Part shown: positions 1 through 9,279 of the stretch, piece after piece | Layout of the letters: every line of letters begins with the position of its first letter | Numbering within the stretch: the stretch's first letter is position 1 | NCBI GenBank assembly: GCA_964424995.1 | Contig: CAYRLC010000002.1 | Coordinates: 1 to 53,646, forward strand | Direction of reading: 5' to 3' | Origin: an uncultured Croceicoccus sp. | GTDB taxonomy: Bacteria; Pseudomonadota; Alphaproteobacteria; Sphingomonadales; Sphingomonadaceae | DNA length: 53,646 bases | Translations under genes and position numbers: made by a program | Notes under the pieces: model-generated | The model's input: only the letters and a program-made list of their open reading frames with translations | What the model was told of the DNA's origin: nothing | Databases searched by the model: none

Positions 1-1300
1 GGATGCGCAGTTCCTGGTCGCCGATCCAGAGGCCGGGGAAGAAGTCGGACTTCATCCCCGTCTGCACCGTCGGCAGGTTGAACGCATCCTGGTCCAGCAC
101 CTGGCCGATGGTCTTGTCGCCGTGCTTGAACCGCTTGTGCGGCACGCGCTCGGGCCATTCCTCGCCCTCGGGCACCAGTTCGAACATCCAGATGTCGTAA
201 TACATCTTGTTCGGGTCGGTCGCGTGGGGGCGCTGGCGGAACAGCATGATGTCGTCGGCGTGGACGTTCACCGACACGTTCGGGAAGATCGTGTAGTGAT
301 AGTCGTCGGTGAGCTGTTCGTCGTTGAGCTCGGAATAGTCCTTGCCCTGCGACGCGCCGTGCTTGCGCTTGAACAGCTGCACGTCGCGGCGGATATCGCT
401 GGTCCGGCCCTCGTACTCGGCGGGATCCATTCCGGCCTTGACCATGATCTCGTAGATCGCGGGCGGGATCTGGCTGGGCAGGCGGACGCGCGGGCTGATC
501 GCGGCGAAGGGGATCAGGTAGCGGTTATGCTTGCCGTAGCAGTCGATCTGCACGTTCACGTCATCAAGATACCACTTCAGCTGCGGGTGGATGCCCTGCA
601 CGTGGTAGGTTTCCGAGAACGCGTCGACCGAGGTCTTCCAGTTGCAGTCCCATTCGACCGTGATGTCGCGCGCCCACGCCATGCGTTCGGCGTGATAGGG
701 CTCGAGGTGCTGCTTCATCGGATCGATGAAGTCGTCGAACGGCTCGACATCGGGGTTGAGCGAAAACCAGACGAAGCTGTTCCATTCGATGCACGGCAGC
801 GTCGTCAGCGCCATGCCCGGAGGGCCGCCCTGGTGGAACGTGCAGAGGTCGGGAATATGCTCCAGCTTGCCGTCGAGGCCGTAAGTCCAGTGGTGGTACA
901 TGCACCGGAACTGCTCGGCATTGCCGCGCCCTTCGGGCCGCAAACGGTTGCCGCGGTGGAGGCAGACGTTGGGGAATGCGCGGATCGAGCCGTCGGCCTG
1001 GCGCACGATCAGCACCGATTCCTTGCCGATGTCGGTGCAGATGTAGTCGCCCTGTTCCTTCAGGTCGTCCGACCGTCCGCCCAGCAGCCAGGTCTTGGTC
1101 CAGACATGGTCCCATTCCAGCTGCATGAATTCGGGTGAGTAATAGCGGGCCGCCGGAATGATCGCGGTGCCGAGCTCCGGATCGGGCGCTCGTTCGACCG
1201 GCGTGCCGTTGCCCGTGGTTTCCGGGTCCACGCGCCAGGCATCGACATCGCGGACGATGTCCATGTTGGCGCGGTCCCAGCCCATGACGTGCTTTTTCAT
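1..1300 (-). CDS. Rieske non-heme iron oxygenase alpha subunit (C-terminus runs off window)
   Basis: Not in the ORF track (no stop in window). Hand translation from the ATG at 1300, which overlaps the SDR stop (TGATG): MKKHVMGWDRANMD..., Rieske motif NVCLHRG...FRCMYHHW, mononuclear Fe motif NWKTSVDAFSETYHVQGIHP. Confidence 0.92.
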   Translation of the reverse strand, partial: MKKHVMGWDRANMDIVRDVDAWRVDPETTGNGTPVERAPDPELGTAIIPAARYYSPEFMQLEWDHVWTKTWLLGGRSDDLKEQGDYICTDIGKESVLIVRQADGSIRAFPNVCLHRGNRLRPEGRGNAEQFRCMYHHWTYGLDGKLEHIPDLCTFHQGGPPGMALTTLPCIEWNSFVWFSLNPDVEPFDDFIDPMKQHLEPYHAERMAWARDITVEWDCNWKTSVDAFSETYHVQGIHPQLKWYLDDVNVQIDCYGKHNRYLIPFAAISPRVRLPSQIPPAIYEIMVKAGMDPAEYEGRTSDIRRDVQLFKRKHGASQGKDYSELNDEQLTDDYHYTIFPNVSVNVHADDIMLFRQRPHATDPNKMYYDIWMFELVPEGEEWPERVPHKRFKHGDKTIGQVLDQDAFNLPTVQTGMKSDFFPGLWIGDQELRI

Positions 1301-2061
1301 CAGAAGTGCGTCCGGTTGGTGTAGCCCCCGTCGACGACGAGGTGCGAACCGTTGCACCAGCTGGCCGCATCGCTGGCGAGGAAGACGATCGCGCGGGCCA
1401 CTTCCTCGGGCTTGCCGAGGCGGCCGGTCGGCTGCTGGCGCAGTTGGGCGTTGTAGAACTTTTCCATCGTGCCCTTGATCATGTCCCAGTTGCCGCCTTC
1501 GAACTCGATGGGGCCGGGCGACACGACATTGACGCGCACGTTGTGCTTGCCGTGGAACAGCGCGAGCTGCTTGCCATAGGTGAGGATCGAGGCCTTCAGC
1601 GCGTTGTAGGCCTGCGGGCCGCCCATCGCCTCCAGCACCGAGGTGGTGCCGAGCAGCACGATCGAGCCGCGCTGCCGCTCTTCCATCGTCGGCATCACCG
1701 CTTCGACCGCGCGTACAGAGCCCATCAGGTCGACCTCAAACGCGTTGTGCCAGTACTTCTCGCTGCCCATGCCGCCGCCGGCGGAGGTGAACGGGATCAT
1801 GATGTCGACACCGTCGAGCTCGTCGATGGCCCATTCGAACCATGCCTTGTACTCGTCCGCCTTCTTGGCGTTGACCGCCTTGCCGACGACCTTGGTGCCG
1901 TACTTCGACAGTTCGGCGACCGCGTCCTTCACGCTGTCCTCGCCGCGGGCGGTCAGCGCGATGTCGCAACCTTCTCGGGCGAGGATTTCGGCCACCGAAT
2001 ACCCGATGCCGCGCGCCGCGCCGACGAGGATGGCTTTCTTGCCCTGAAGTCCGAGATCCAT
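1300..2061 (-). CDS. Short-chain dehydrogenase/reductase (SDR)
   Basis: MDLGLQGKKAILVGAARGIG Rossmann motif, YNALK catalytic YxxxK, VNVVSPG. Start moved to the ATG at 2061. Confidence 0.92.
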   Translation of the reverse strand: MDLGLQGKKAILVGAARGIGYSVAEILAREGCDIALTARGEDSVKDAVAELSKYGTKVVGKAVNAKKADEYKAWFEWAIDELDGVDIMIPFTSAGGGMGSEKYWHNAFEVDLMGSVRAVEAVMPTMEERQRGSIVLLGTTSVLEAMGGPQAYNALKASILTYGKQLALFHGKHNVRVNVVSPGPIEFEGGNWDMIKGTMEKFYNAQLRQQPTGRLGKPEEVARAIVFLASDAASWCNGSHLVVDGGYTNRTHF

Positions 2062-2163
2062 CTTTTCACTTTCCCTAGATTTTCGTGTCGGCCCGCGCAC
2101 CTGCGCTCCTGCCGACTACCCCCACCCGGCTAGCGCAGCCGGGCCCGTCGTTTCAACAAAAAA

Positions 2164-2181
2164 ACAGTCAGACCTGACTTT
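2164..2181. promoter_or_regulatory. Putative TetR operator, copy 1 (ACAGTCA-GACC-TGACTTT)
   Basis: Imperfect palindrome flanked by A/T tracts, upstream of the SDR-Rieske pair; matches six other intergenic sites. Confidence 0.7.
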
Positions 2182-2190
2182 TTTAATGCC

Positions 2191-3846
2191 TCATACCTCC
2201 TGCAGTTCGCGGATCAGGTCCTCGCGCAGTTTGAATTTCTGGATCTTCGAGGTGGACATCGGCCAGCTGTCGACGAAGCGGATGTGGCGCGGCACCTTGA
2301 ACGCGGCGATCTGGTCGCGGCAGTGGGCGATCAGTTCCTGCTCGGTCGCGGTCTCGCCGTCGGCCAGTTCGACGAAGGCGGCGGGCACTTCGACATAGCG
2401 GTCGTCGGGCAGGCCGATCACCTGCGCCAGTTTGACTGCCGGGTGGGTCTGCAGCATCGATTCGATTTCGGCCGCCGCGACATTCTCGCCGCCGACCTTC
2501 AGCATGTCCTTCAATCGGCCATGGAACATCACGTCGCCATTCTCGTCGATGGATCCGATGTCGCCCGAATAGAACCAGCCGTCACGGATCGCCTCCGCCG
2601 TCTTGGCCGGATCGTTGTAATATCCCTTCAGCCGGTTCGGCCCGCCCAGCACGATCTCGCCGCGTTCGCCGGGGCCGCAGTCCTGGCCTGTCTCGGCATC
2701 GACGATGCGCACGTCCCATTCATCGAGCGGGGTGCCGCAGCGGCCGGTCCGTACTTCGTAGCTGTCGGACAGGCGGCTGGTCGAAACCGTGCCAGCCCCT
2801 TCGGTGAGGCCATAAGTGCCGACCTGGATGGTGTGCGGCATGGCCTTGGCCACCGCCACCTTGATCCATTCAGGCTGGACCGCGAAGTTCGAATTCATGA
2901 TCCGCAGCTTCGACAGGTCGGTGCTGGGGAAGGTGGGGTGCGTGATCAGGTCCTGCATGATCGTGACGAAGCTGGGATAGGCGATGGTCGCGCCTTCGCG
3001 GCCGAGCATCTCCAGCCCCACGCCCGCCTCGAAGAAGGGGATTGTCATGTAGGCCCCGCCAAGGTCGAGGATCATCGTCATCGGCAGGATGCCCGCGATG
3101 TGGAAGATCGGCAGCGGCGACCAGACCTTGTCCTCGCTCGTGCACTCGTACCGCACGCCGAGGTTGCGGCTGTTGGCGACTTGCGCGCGGTGGGCGATCA
3201 TCGCGCCCTTGGGATGCGCGGTGGTGCCGGAGGTGTAGAGGATCATCGAGGTATCGTCGGGCTGCACCGCATCGATGCGAGCATCGACTTCCGCGTCGCT
3301 GACCGATGCGCCGCCCGCGATGGCCGACCTGGCCGGCAGCAGGTAGGGCGCGCAATCGTCGTCGAGGCAGACGATGCTGCGCAGCGCCGGCGCCTCGGGA
3401 AGGTTCAGGGCATAGGGATCGGTCTGGTTCTTGATCGAGGGGAGGGCTGCGGTCAGACGCTCACCGAAATCGAGATTGTCGGCCACCTTGCCGGTGGTGA
3501 TCACCACGACCAGATCGGCATTCTCGGTGACGTAGCCCAGCTCGCTGGCGCGATAGCGGGCGTTGACCGGCACCGCGACCGCCCCCGCCATCGTGATGCC
3601 GTAGAACGCGGTGATGAAATCGATGCAGGTCGGCAGCAGGATGCCGACGTTCTCGCCCGGCTTCACCCCCATCGCGATCAGCGCCTTGGCCCAGTCACGC
3701 GCGGCCTTGTTCAGCTCGTCATAGGTGAGGCGGCTGTCGGGAAAGATGATCGCGTCCGACGGGCCGTGCGCAGCGGCAGAGGCGCGAATCATCGCCCCCA
3801 TCGTCAGGATCGGGCCCGAAGGGTTTTCTGGCGTGGATTCGCCCAA
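2191..3846 (-). CDS. AMP-binding acyl-CoA synthetase/ligase
   Basis: YTSGTTAHPKG P-loop, YGLTE, SGDIG, GRLKDMLKVGGENV and a C-terminal KIQK. Start uncertain: TTG at 3846 after GGGAGAG, or ATG at 3801. Confidence 0.92.
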   Translation of the reverse strand: MGESTPENPSGPILTMGAMIRASAAAHGPSDAIIFPDSRLTYDELNKAARDWAKALIAMGVKPGENVGILLPTCIDFITAFYGITMAGAVAVPVNARYRASELGYVTENADLVVVITTGKVADNLDFGERLTAALPSIKNQTDPYALNLPEAPALRSIVCLDDDCAPYLLPARSAIAGGASVSDAEVDARIDAVQPDDTSMILYTSGTTAHPKGAMIAHRAQVANSRNLGVRYECTSEDKVWSPLPIFHIAGILPMTMILDLGGAYMTIPFFEAGVGLEMLGREGATIAYPSFVTIMQDLITHPTFPSTDLSKLRIMNSNFAVQPEWIKVAVAKAMPHTIQVGTYGLTEGAGTVSTSRLSDSYEVRTGRCGTPLDEWDVRIVDAETGQDCGPGERGEIVLGGPNRLKGYYNDPAKTAEAIRDGWFYSGDIGSIDENGDVMFHGRLKDMLKVGGENVAAAEIESMLQTHPAVKLAQVIGLPDDRYVEVPAAFVELADGETATEQELIAHCRDQIAAFKVPRHIRFVDSWPMSTSKIQKFKLREDLIRELQEV

Positions 3847-3938
3847 GTCTACTCTCCCACTCTTGCGTCTCTGTGGCGAACGGCGGGGCCGTCGCGCGAA
3901 CGTGTTGCCCGGCCAGCTTATCAGTGCCTGTGAAAAAT

Positions 3939-3956
3939 ACAATCATGCTTGACTGT
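3939..3956. promoter_or_regulatory. Putative TetR operator, copy 2 (ACAATCA-TGCT-TGACTGT)
   Basis: Lies in the divergent region between the CoA ligase and the TetR gene. Confidence 0.78.
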
Positions 3957-4087
3957 TTTGCGTATCGGGCGGGCACCGCTTGCGACGAATCCATCTTGCG
4001 CATCGCTTGCGTTTTTCGCAGCCATGCTTTCTAGCTGAACGAACCGTGAGCCGTAAGGGCGCATGGGCGACCCATGACGACAGTTGA

Positions 4088-4765
4088 ATGCCTATGACGA
4101 GTACCACGGCGCGAACCAGGAAGGCGGATCGCAACGGCTCTGCCCGGCCCGTCGGCACGCGCCCGACCAGCGGCACCATGCAGGCGGCCAAGGCGGCGCA
4201 GACCCGCAAACGGCTGATCGACGCGACCGTCCGCTGTCTCGTCAAGCACGGCTATGCCAAGACCACGACACCGCGCGTCGCCGAGGAAGCGGGCCTGTCG
4301 CGCGGCGCGATGATGCACCATTACGAAAACGGTGCCGCGCTTATCAAGGCGACGATCATCGAATTGCACGAGAAGCGCATTCGCGCCTTTCGCCGCGCCG
4401 CGGAAAAGCCCGAGCATGACGTCGTGAAGCTGGTCGAGACCTATTGGGAGCAGGTACAGAAGCCTGCCTTCATCGCCTTTCACGAACTGGCCATCGCGGC
4501 ACGGACGGACAAGGAACTGGCCGCGATCATGGAGCCGCTGCAGGTCGAGTTCCGCGAGCGTTTCGACAACGAGGCGGAAACGCTGTTCCCCGAATGGCGC
4601 ACCCATCCGGCCGAATTCGACCTAGCCATGAACCTGTCGCAGACGATCCTTGAGGGGATGGCCATCGGCATGCACACCGGCGCGATCACCGCGGAGCAGG
4701 TTCCGCCGATGCTCAAGCACCTCGAACGCCAGATCGAGCAGCTTCACGCGCATCGCGAGGGTTGA
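4088..4765 (+). CDS. TetR/AcrR family transcriptional regulator
   Basis: N-terminal HTH TRKRLIDATVRCLVKHGYAKTTTPRVAEEAGLSRGAMMHHY; 225 aa. Confidence 0.93.
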   Translation: MPMTSTTARTRKADRNGSARPVGTRPTSGTMQAAKAAQTRKRLIDATVRCLVKHGYAKTTTPRVAEEAGLSRGAMMHHYENGAALIKATIIELHEKRIRAFRRAAEKPEHDVVKLVETYWEQVQKPAFIAFHELAIAARTDKELAAIMEPLQVEFRERFDNEAETLFPEWRTHPAEFDLAMNLSQTILEGMAIGMHTGAITAEQVPPMLKHLERQIEQLHAHREG

Positions 4766-4818
4766 AACCCGCGGAAATCCGGCGAAAACCGGGCCGGTTC
4801 GGGTCGGTGGGCAATAAA

Positions 4819-4836
4819 ACAATCTTGTTTGTCTTT
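4819..4836. promoter_or_regulatory. Putative TetR operator, copy 3, degenerate (ACAATCT-TGTT-TGTCTTT)
   Basis: AT-rich patch upstream of the SDR-SDR-epoxide hydrolase run, with the same 7-4-7 spacing. Confidence 0.6.
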
Positions 4837-4872
4837 TTAGAGGAGTGGCGCTAGCCTGTCCTGCGGAGAAGG

Positions 4873-5844
4873 ATGAGGACTGCCCAAGGCTTTCCCGAAT
4901 CGAAATCGGCAAGGAATCGCGCTTTGAACGCAACGCCCACGCATACCCCCAAGATCTTCCGCCCGGAGGACGTCGATTACGAACGCCCCAAGCGCGGTCT
5001 CGACGAAGACGACCTGCGGGCGCAGAAGACCATCTATCGCGACGACATGCTGGCCGGAAAGACGCTGCTGATCACCGGCGGCGGTAGCGGCATGGGCAAG
5101 GCGACGGCGCTGCTCGCGGCGCGGCTGGGCGCGAACGTGGCGATCTGCGGGCGTGACGAGGCGAAGCTCGACACCACGGTGAGGCTCGTGAAGGAGGAGA
5201 CCGGCAAGTCGGTCCTTTCGCTGGGCACCAACATCCGCGATGCCGAAGCGGTCGAGGCGCTGATCGGCAAGGTCAGCGACGAGTTCGGCACCATCGACAC
5301 GCTGGTCAACAACGCCGGCGGCCAGTTTCCGCAGGACGCCATCGATTTCAGCCGGAAGGGCTGGCTCGCGGTGATCGACACCAACCTCAACGGCACATGG
5401 TGGATGATGCAGGAGGCGGCCAAACGCTGGCGCGCCGACGGCAAGCCCGGCAACATTGTCAACATCGTGGCCAATGTCGAACGCGGCATGCCGCAGGCGG
5501 CGCATACCTGCGCGGCGCGCGCGGGCGTGATCTACCTGTCGAAGACGCTGGCGACCGAGTGGGCGCAGTGGAACATTCGCGTCAACTGCATCGGCCCCGG
5601 CGTCATCGAGACCGAGGGTTTCCGCATGTATCCTGAAGAAGCTCTCGCCCGCTTCCACAAGGCGAACCCGATGAAGCAGCGCGGCAATGCCTGGGACGTG
5701 GCCGAGATGATCGCCTATCTCGCCTCGCCCGCAGGCCGGTTCGTCAATGGCGACCTGCTCATCCTCGACGGTGGGCAGGCCCAGTGGGGCGTCATCTGGC
5801 CGGCGGGGATGCCCGAGTATTTCAGCGAGGACGGGGCCGCCTGA
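4873..5844 (+). CDS. Atypical SDR (trans-2-enoyl-CoA reductase / AtuB-like)
   Basis: TGGGSGMG, NNAGGQF, and HTCAARAG in place of YxxxK, as in PECR/AtuB-type SDRs. The true start may be a little downstream. Confidence 0.85.
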   Translation: MRTAQGFPESKSARNRALNATPTHTPKIFRPEDVDYERPKRGLDEDDLRAQKTIYRDDMLAGKTLLITGGGSGMGKATALLAARLGANVAICGRDEAKLDTTVRLVKEETGKSVLSLGTNIRDAEAVEALIGKVSDEFGTIDTLVNNAGGQFPQDAIDFSRKGWLAVIDTNLNGTWWMMQEAAKRWRADGKPGNIVNIVANVERGMPQAAHTCAARAGVIYLSKTLATEWAQWNIRVNCIGPGVIETEGFRMYPEEALARFHKANPMKQRGNAWDVAEMIAYLASPAGRFVNGDLLILDGGQAQWGVIWPAGMPEYFSEDGAA

Positions 5845-5890
5845 GCCCTTCTCGCGTTACCGCATAACGATAGTTCCAGGAGAGAGACAT

Positions 5891-6649
5891 ATGGGCCGGG
5901 TACAAGGCAAGGTTGCGCTCGTCACGGGCGGCGGTTCGGGGCTGGGCGCCGCCGACTGCGAGATCCTCGCGCAAGAGGGCGCGACCGTGGTGGTCACCGA
6001 CGTGAAGCAGGAAACCGCGCAGGCCGTGGCCGACCGCATCGGCAACGGCGCCATCGCCATGGCGCTCGACGTTGCCGACGAAGCCCAGTGGATCGCCACC
6101 ATCGATGCGATCCGCGAAAAGTTCGGGCGGCTCGACGTGCTGGTCAACAATGCCGGCGTGGTGCTGAGCGCGGATGTCGAGGACACGACGCTCGAGCAGT
6201 TCCGCTGGGTCAACTCGATCATGATCGACGGCGTCTTCCTCGGCATGAAGCACGCGATCCCGCTGATGAACGAGAAGGACGGCGGATCGATCATCAACAT
6301 GAGCTCGACCGGCGCGCTGCTCGGCTATCCGATCTTCTTCGCCTATTCGGGTGCGAAGGGCGCGGTCCGCTCGATGACCAAGTCGGTGGCGGTGATGTGT
6401 CAGGAAAAGGGCTACAAGATACGCTGCAATTCGGTGCACCCCGGTTCGATCGAAACCCCGATGGTGCAGAAGGCCGAGGGCCGCCCCGATCAGCCGAAGG
6501 ACATTCCCGACGGCGTCCTGCCGCCCGGCACACCCGGCGCGCCGAAGGACGTGGGCAATCTCGTGCTGTTCCTCGCCAGCGACGAATCGCGGTTCATCAC
6601 CGGGGCCGAACTGGTCATCGACAACGCGGTGACCATCCGCCCGTTCTGA
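5891..6649 (+). CDS. Classical SDR (hydroxysteroid/secondary alcohol dehydrogenase-like)
   Basis: MGRVQGKVALVTGGGSGLG, NNAG, YSGAK, CNSVHPG; RBS GGAGAGAG before the ATG at 5891. Confidence 0.92.
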   Translation: MGRVQGKVALVTGGGSGLGAADCEILAQEGATVVVTDVKQETAQAVADRIGNGAIAMALDVADEAQWIATIDAIREKFGRLDVLVNNAGVVLSADVEDTTLEQFRWVNSIMIDGVFLGMKHAIPLMNEKDGGSIINMSSTGALLGYPIFFAYSGAKGAVRSMTKSVAVMCQEKGYKIRCNSVHPGSIETPMVQKAEGRPDQPKDIPDGVLPPGTPGAPKDVGNLVLFLASDESRFITGAELVIDNAVTIRPF

Positions 6650-6671
6650 GCCTTGCGCACAGGAGGCTTGC

Positions 6672-7850
6672 ATGCAGCCCAGCCGCTTCACCATCGCCAT
6701 CCCGGACGACCGGCTGGCAGACCTGAAGGAGCGGCTGGCGCGAACCCGCCTGCCGCACGACTACGCGAACGAGGACTGGTCCTACGGCACGCCTGCCAGC
6801 GTGCTGGCCCCGCTGATCGAACGGTGGCGCGACGATTACGACTGGCGCGAACACGAAGCGGCGATGAACGCGTTCGAGCACTGGCGCGTCGAGATCGGCG
6901 GCACGCCGGTGCATTACATGCGGGTGCCGGGCAAGGGGCCGAACCCGGCGCCGCTGATCCTGTCGCACGGCTGGCCCTGGACGTTATGGGACATGCACCG
7001 CGTCGTCGGGCCGCTGGCCGATCCGGCGGCACACGGCGGCGATCCGGCCGATGCCTTCGACGTCATCGTGCCATCGATGCCGGGCTTCGGATTTTCGACG
7101 CCGGTGGCGAAGACCGGCGTCAATTTCTGGTCGACGGCGGATCTCTGGCACACGCTGATGCGCGACGTGCTGGGGCATGATCGCTACTTCGCGGCCGGCG
7201 GCGACTGGGGTTCGCTGACCACCGCGCAGCTCGGCCACAAATATGCCGACGAAGTCAGCGCCATCCACATTACGACCGTCGCGCCGCTCTACCTGTTCGG
7301 GCACGAGCGGCCCTGGGACATGACCGGCGGCATGCTCGCCCCGCCGGAACTCGAAGGGCAGGCGCGCGAGGATTTCCTGGCATGGCAACGTCGCATCGCC
7401 GCGCACGTCTGCGTGCAGGTGCTCGATCCGCAGACGCTGTCCTATGGCATGCACGATTCCCCGGCGGCGCTCCTGGCCTGGCTGGTCGAGCGGCGCAAGA
7501 GTTGGGGCGATTGCCGCGGCGGGCTGTTCGACGCGTTCGATCCGGACTTCCTGCTGACGACGGCGTCGATTTACTGGCTTACCGACAGCTTCGTGACCTC
7601 GGCCCGGTTCTACGCCGAAGCGGCGCGCCATCCGTGGCAGCCGTCGCACGATGCGGTGCCGATGGTGCAATCACCGACCGGGATCAGCCGCTTTCCCTTC
7701 GACGGCACGACCGGGCTCGGCAACGGGCTCGACGGTGATTTCAACCTCACGTTCGAGGCGACGCATCAGCGGGGCGGGCACTTCGCCCATGTCGAGAATC
7801 CCGACGCGGTGGCCGCCGACATCCGCGCGACGATGCGGCCTTATCGCTGA
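6672..7850 (+). CDS. Epoxide hydrolase family protein (EHN domain plus alpha/beta hydrolase)
   Basis: N-terminal EHN-type segment, HGWP oxyanion motif, GGDWG nucleophile and GGHFA catalytic His. Confidence 0.9.
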   Translation: MQPSRFTIAIPDDRLADLKERLARTRLPHDYANEDWSYGTPASVLAPLIERWRDDYDWREHEAAMNAFEHWRVEIGGTPVHYMRVPGKGPNPAPLILSHGWPWTLWDMHRVVGPLADPAAHGGDPADAFDVIVPSMPGFGFSTPVAKTGVNFWSTADLWHTLMRDVLGHDRYFAAGGDWGSLTTAQLGHKYADEVSAIHITTVAPLYLFGHERPWDMTGGMLAPPELEGQAREDFLAWQRRIAAHVCVQVLDPQTLSYGMHDSPAALLAWLVERRKSWGDCRGGLFDAFDPDFLLTTASIYWLTDSFVTSARFYAEAARHPWQPSHDAVPMVQSPTGISRFPFDGTTGLGNGLDGDFNLTFEATHQRGGHFAHVENPDAVAADIRATMRPYR

Positions 7851-7852
7851 CG

Positions 7853-7890
7853 AAAAAAGGGGCGGGGCTGCGTGATGCGGCCCCGCCCTT
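7853..7890 (-). terminator. Intrinsic terminator between convergent epoxide hydrolase and Rieske genes
   Basis: GC stem GGGCGGGGCTGC/GCGGCCCCGCCC with an A6 tract on the left (U tract on the minus strand). Confidence 0.7.
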
Positions 7891-7932
7891 GGCAGTGGGT
7901 CCTGCGTGAGACGCGCAGGACCGCAGGGAAAA

Positions 7933-9279
7933 TCATTCGGCCAACCAGCGATCCAGTTCGACATGGAAGTGGCGCAGGCGGGCTTCCTGTTCGCACCACA
8001 ACGGCCCGCGGAAACCACGCGAACGCGCCCCGGCCTGGACGAAGGGCAGCAGGTCCGAATCCTGGTCGAGCACCTCGCCCATCCCGGGCGGCTCGCCGAG
8101 GCCGGTGTGCACTGCCTCGGGCCGGGTTGCGCCGGTCACGTCGACATCCGGCCCCAGACCCATCCAGCCGGGCGCGCCATAGCCGGGCGCGTCGACGTGG
8201 CGGTACATGATCGTCGTTTCGTAAGTGAACTTTTCCGGATCGCTCGCGTGCGGGATGAAGCGGTGCAGGAACACCGCTTCGGGATGGCAGCCGATCTGGA
8301 TGTTCGGGAAAATGCCGAAGATCGTCGCATCGGTCAGCTGCGCGTCGGAAAAGTGCGAGTAGTCGAGGCCGATGGCTTCGGCGCGGTCGCGCTTGGCCTG
8401 CGCCACGGCGGCGCGGCTTTCCATCGCGGTGCCGGTGAAACTGGCCGGATCGACGCCCGCATCGGCCAGCAGCATGGCGATGCCCGGGTTGATCCCTTCC
8501 TGATCGGGGAAGTGCGAGTTGGGCTGCGCCATCGGCACGAATTGGCGCGACAACCCGTTCGGGAACAGGTCGATGTGGGTGCGATCGTCGATCACGCCCA
8601 TCGTCTGCGGGTGGATCGCGTGGAGGTGGTAGCTTTCGTAGAAGGCGTCGACCCCCCCCTTCCAGTTCGCCGCCCAGTCCGACCGGCGATGCTGCACGAC
8701 ATGCATCAGGTCGATGCGATACGTTTCCAGCATCGGCAGGATCGGGCCGAGGAATTCCTTCAGCGGCGGCACGTCGTCGCTCATCGAGATGAAGACGAGC
8801 CCGACCGCTTCCTCGGCGCGGACCGACGACAGGTCGGTCCCGTGGCACAGCACTTCGGGCCGGAACGTCTCCTTGTCGGTGATGCCGATGTTGCGACCCT
8901 CAAGGTCGAACTTCCACGAATGGAACGGGCAGGTGAAGCTGTCCTGGCTGCCCATCTCGGTCGTCACCAGCCGTGATCCGCGGTGGGGGCAGACGTTGTA
9001 GTGGGCGTGGACCTTCCCGTCCTCGCCGCGAACGATGATGAAGCTTTCGCGCCCCATGTCGTGCTTCACCCAGTCGCCCGGTTCCTGCAGGTCGCTCGAC
9101 GGACAGGCGAGGAGCCAGGTCTTCGTGAAGACCTTTTCCCACTCGTCTTCGAAGACCTGCTTGCTGGTGTAGCGGCGCGGGTCGGGCCGTTCGGAGCCGT
9201 TGTCGATGCCGGGGGCCGGCTGGTCGAACGGATGGTCCGACCCCTTGTGCACGGCCCAGCTTCGCGGATCGTAGCCCAT
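7933..9279 (-). CDS. Rieske oxygenase alpha subunit
   Basis: CPHRG...CPFHSW; NWKGGVDAFYESYHLHAIHP; EVLDQD. Confidence 0.95.
   Translation of the reverse strand: MGYDPRSWAVHKGSDHPFDQPAPGIDNGSERPDPRRYTSKQVFEDEWEKVFTKTWLLACPSSDLQEPGDWVKHDMGRESFIIVRGEDGKVHAHYNVCPHRGSRLVTTEMGSQDSFTCPFHSWKFDLEGRNIGITDKETFRPEVLCHGTDLSSVRAEEAVGLVFISMSDDVPPLKEFLGPILPMLETYRIDLMHVVQHRRSDWAANWKGGVDAFYESYHLHAIHPQTMGVIDDRTHIDLFPNGLSRQFVPMAQPNSHFPDQEGINPGIAMLLADAGVDPASFTGTAMESRAAVAQAKRDRAEAIGLDYSHFSDAQLTDATIFGIFPNIQIGCHPEAVFLHRFIPHASDPEKFTYETTIMYRHVDAPGYGAPGWMGLGPDVDVTGATRPEAVHTGLGEPPGMGEVLDQDSDLLPFVQAGARSRGFRGPLWCEQEARLRHFHVELDRWLAE

Noticed and set aside
4873-5844. SDR lacking YxxxK as a pseudogene
   Set aside because: The frame is intact and HxxAAR is the normal signature of PECR/AtuB-type SDRs.
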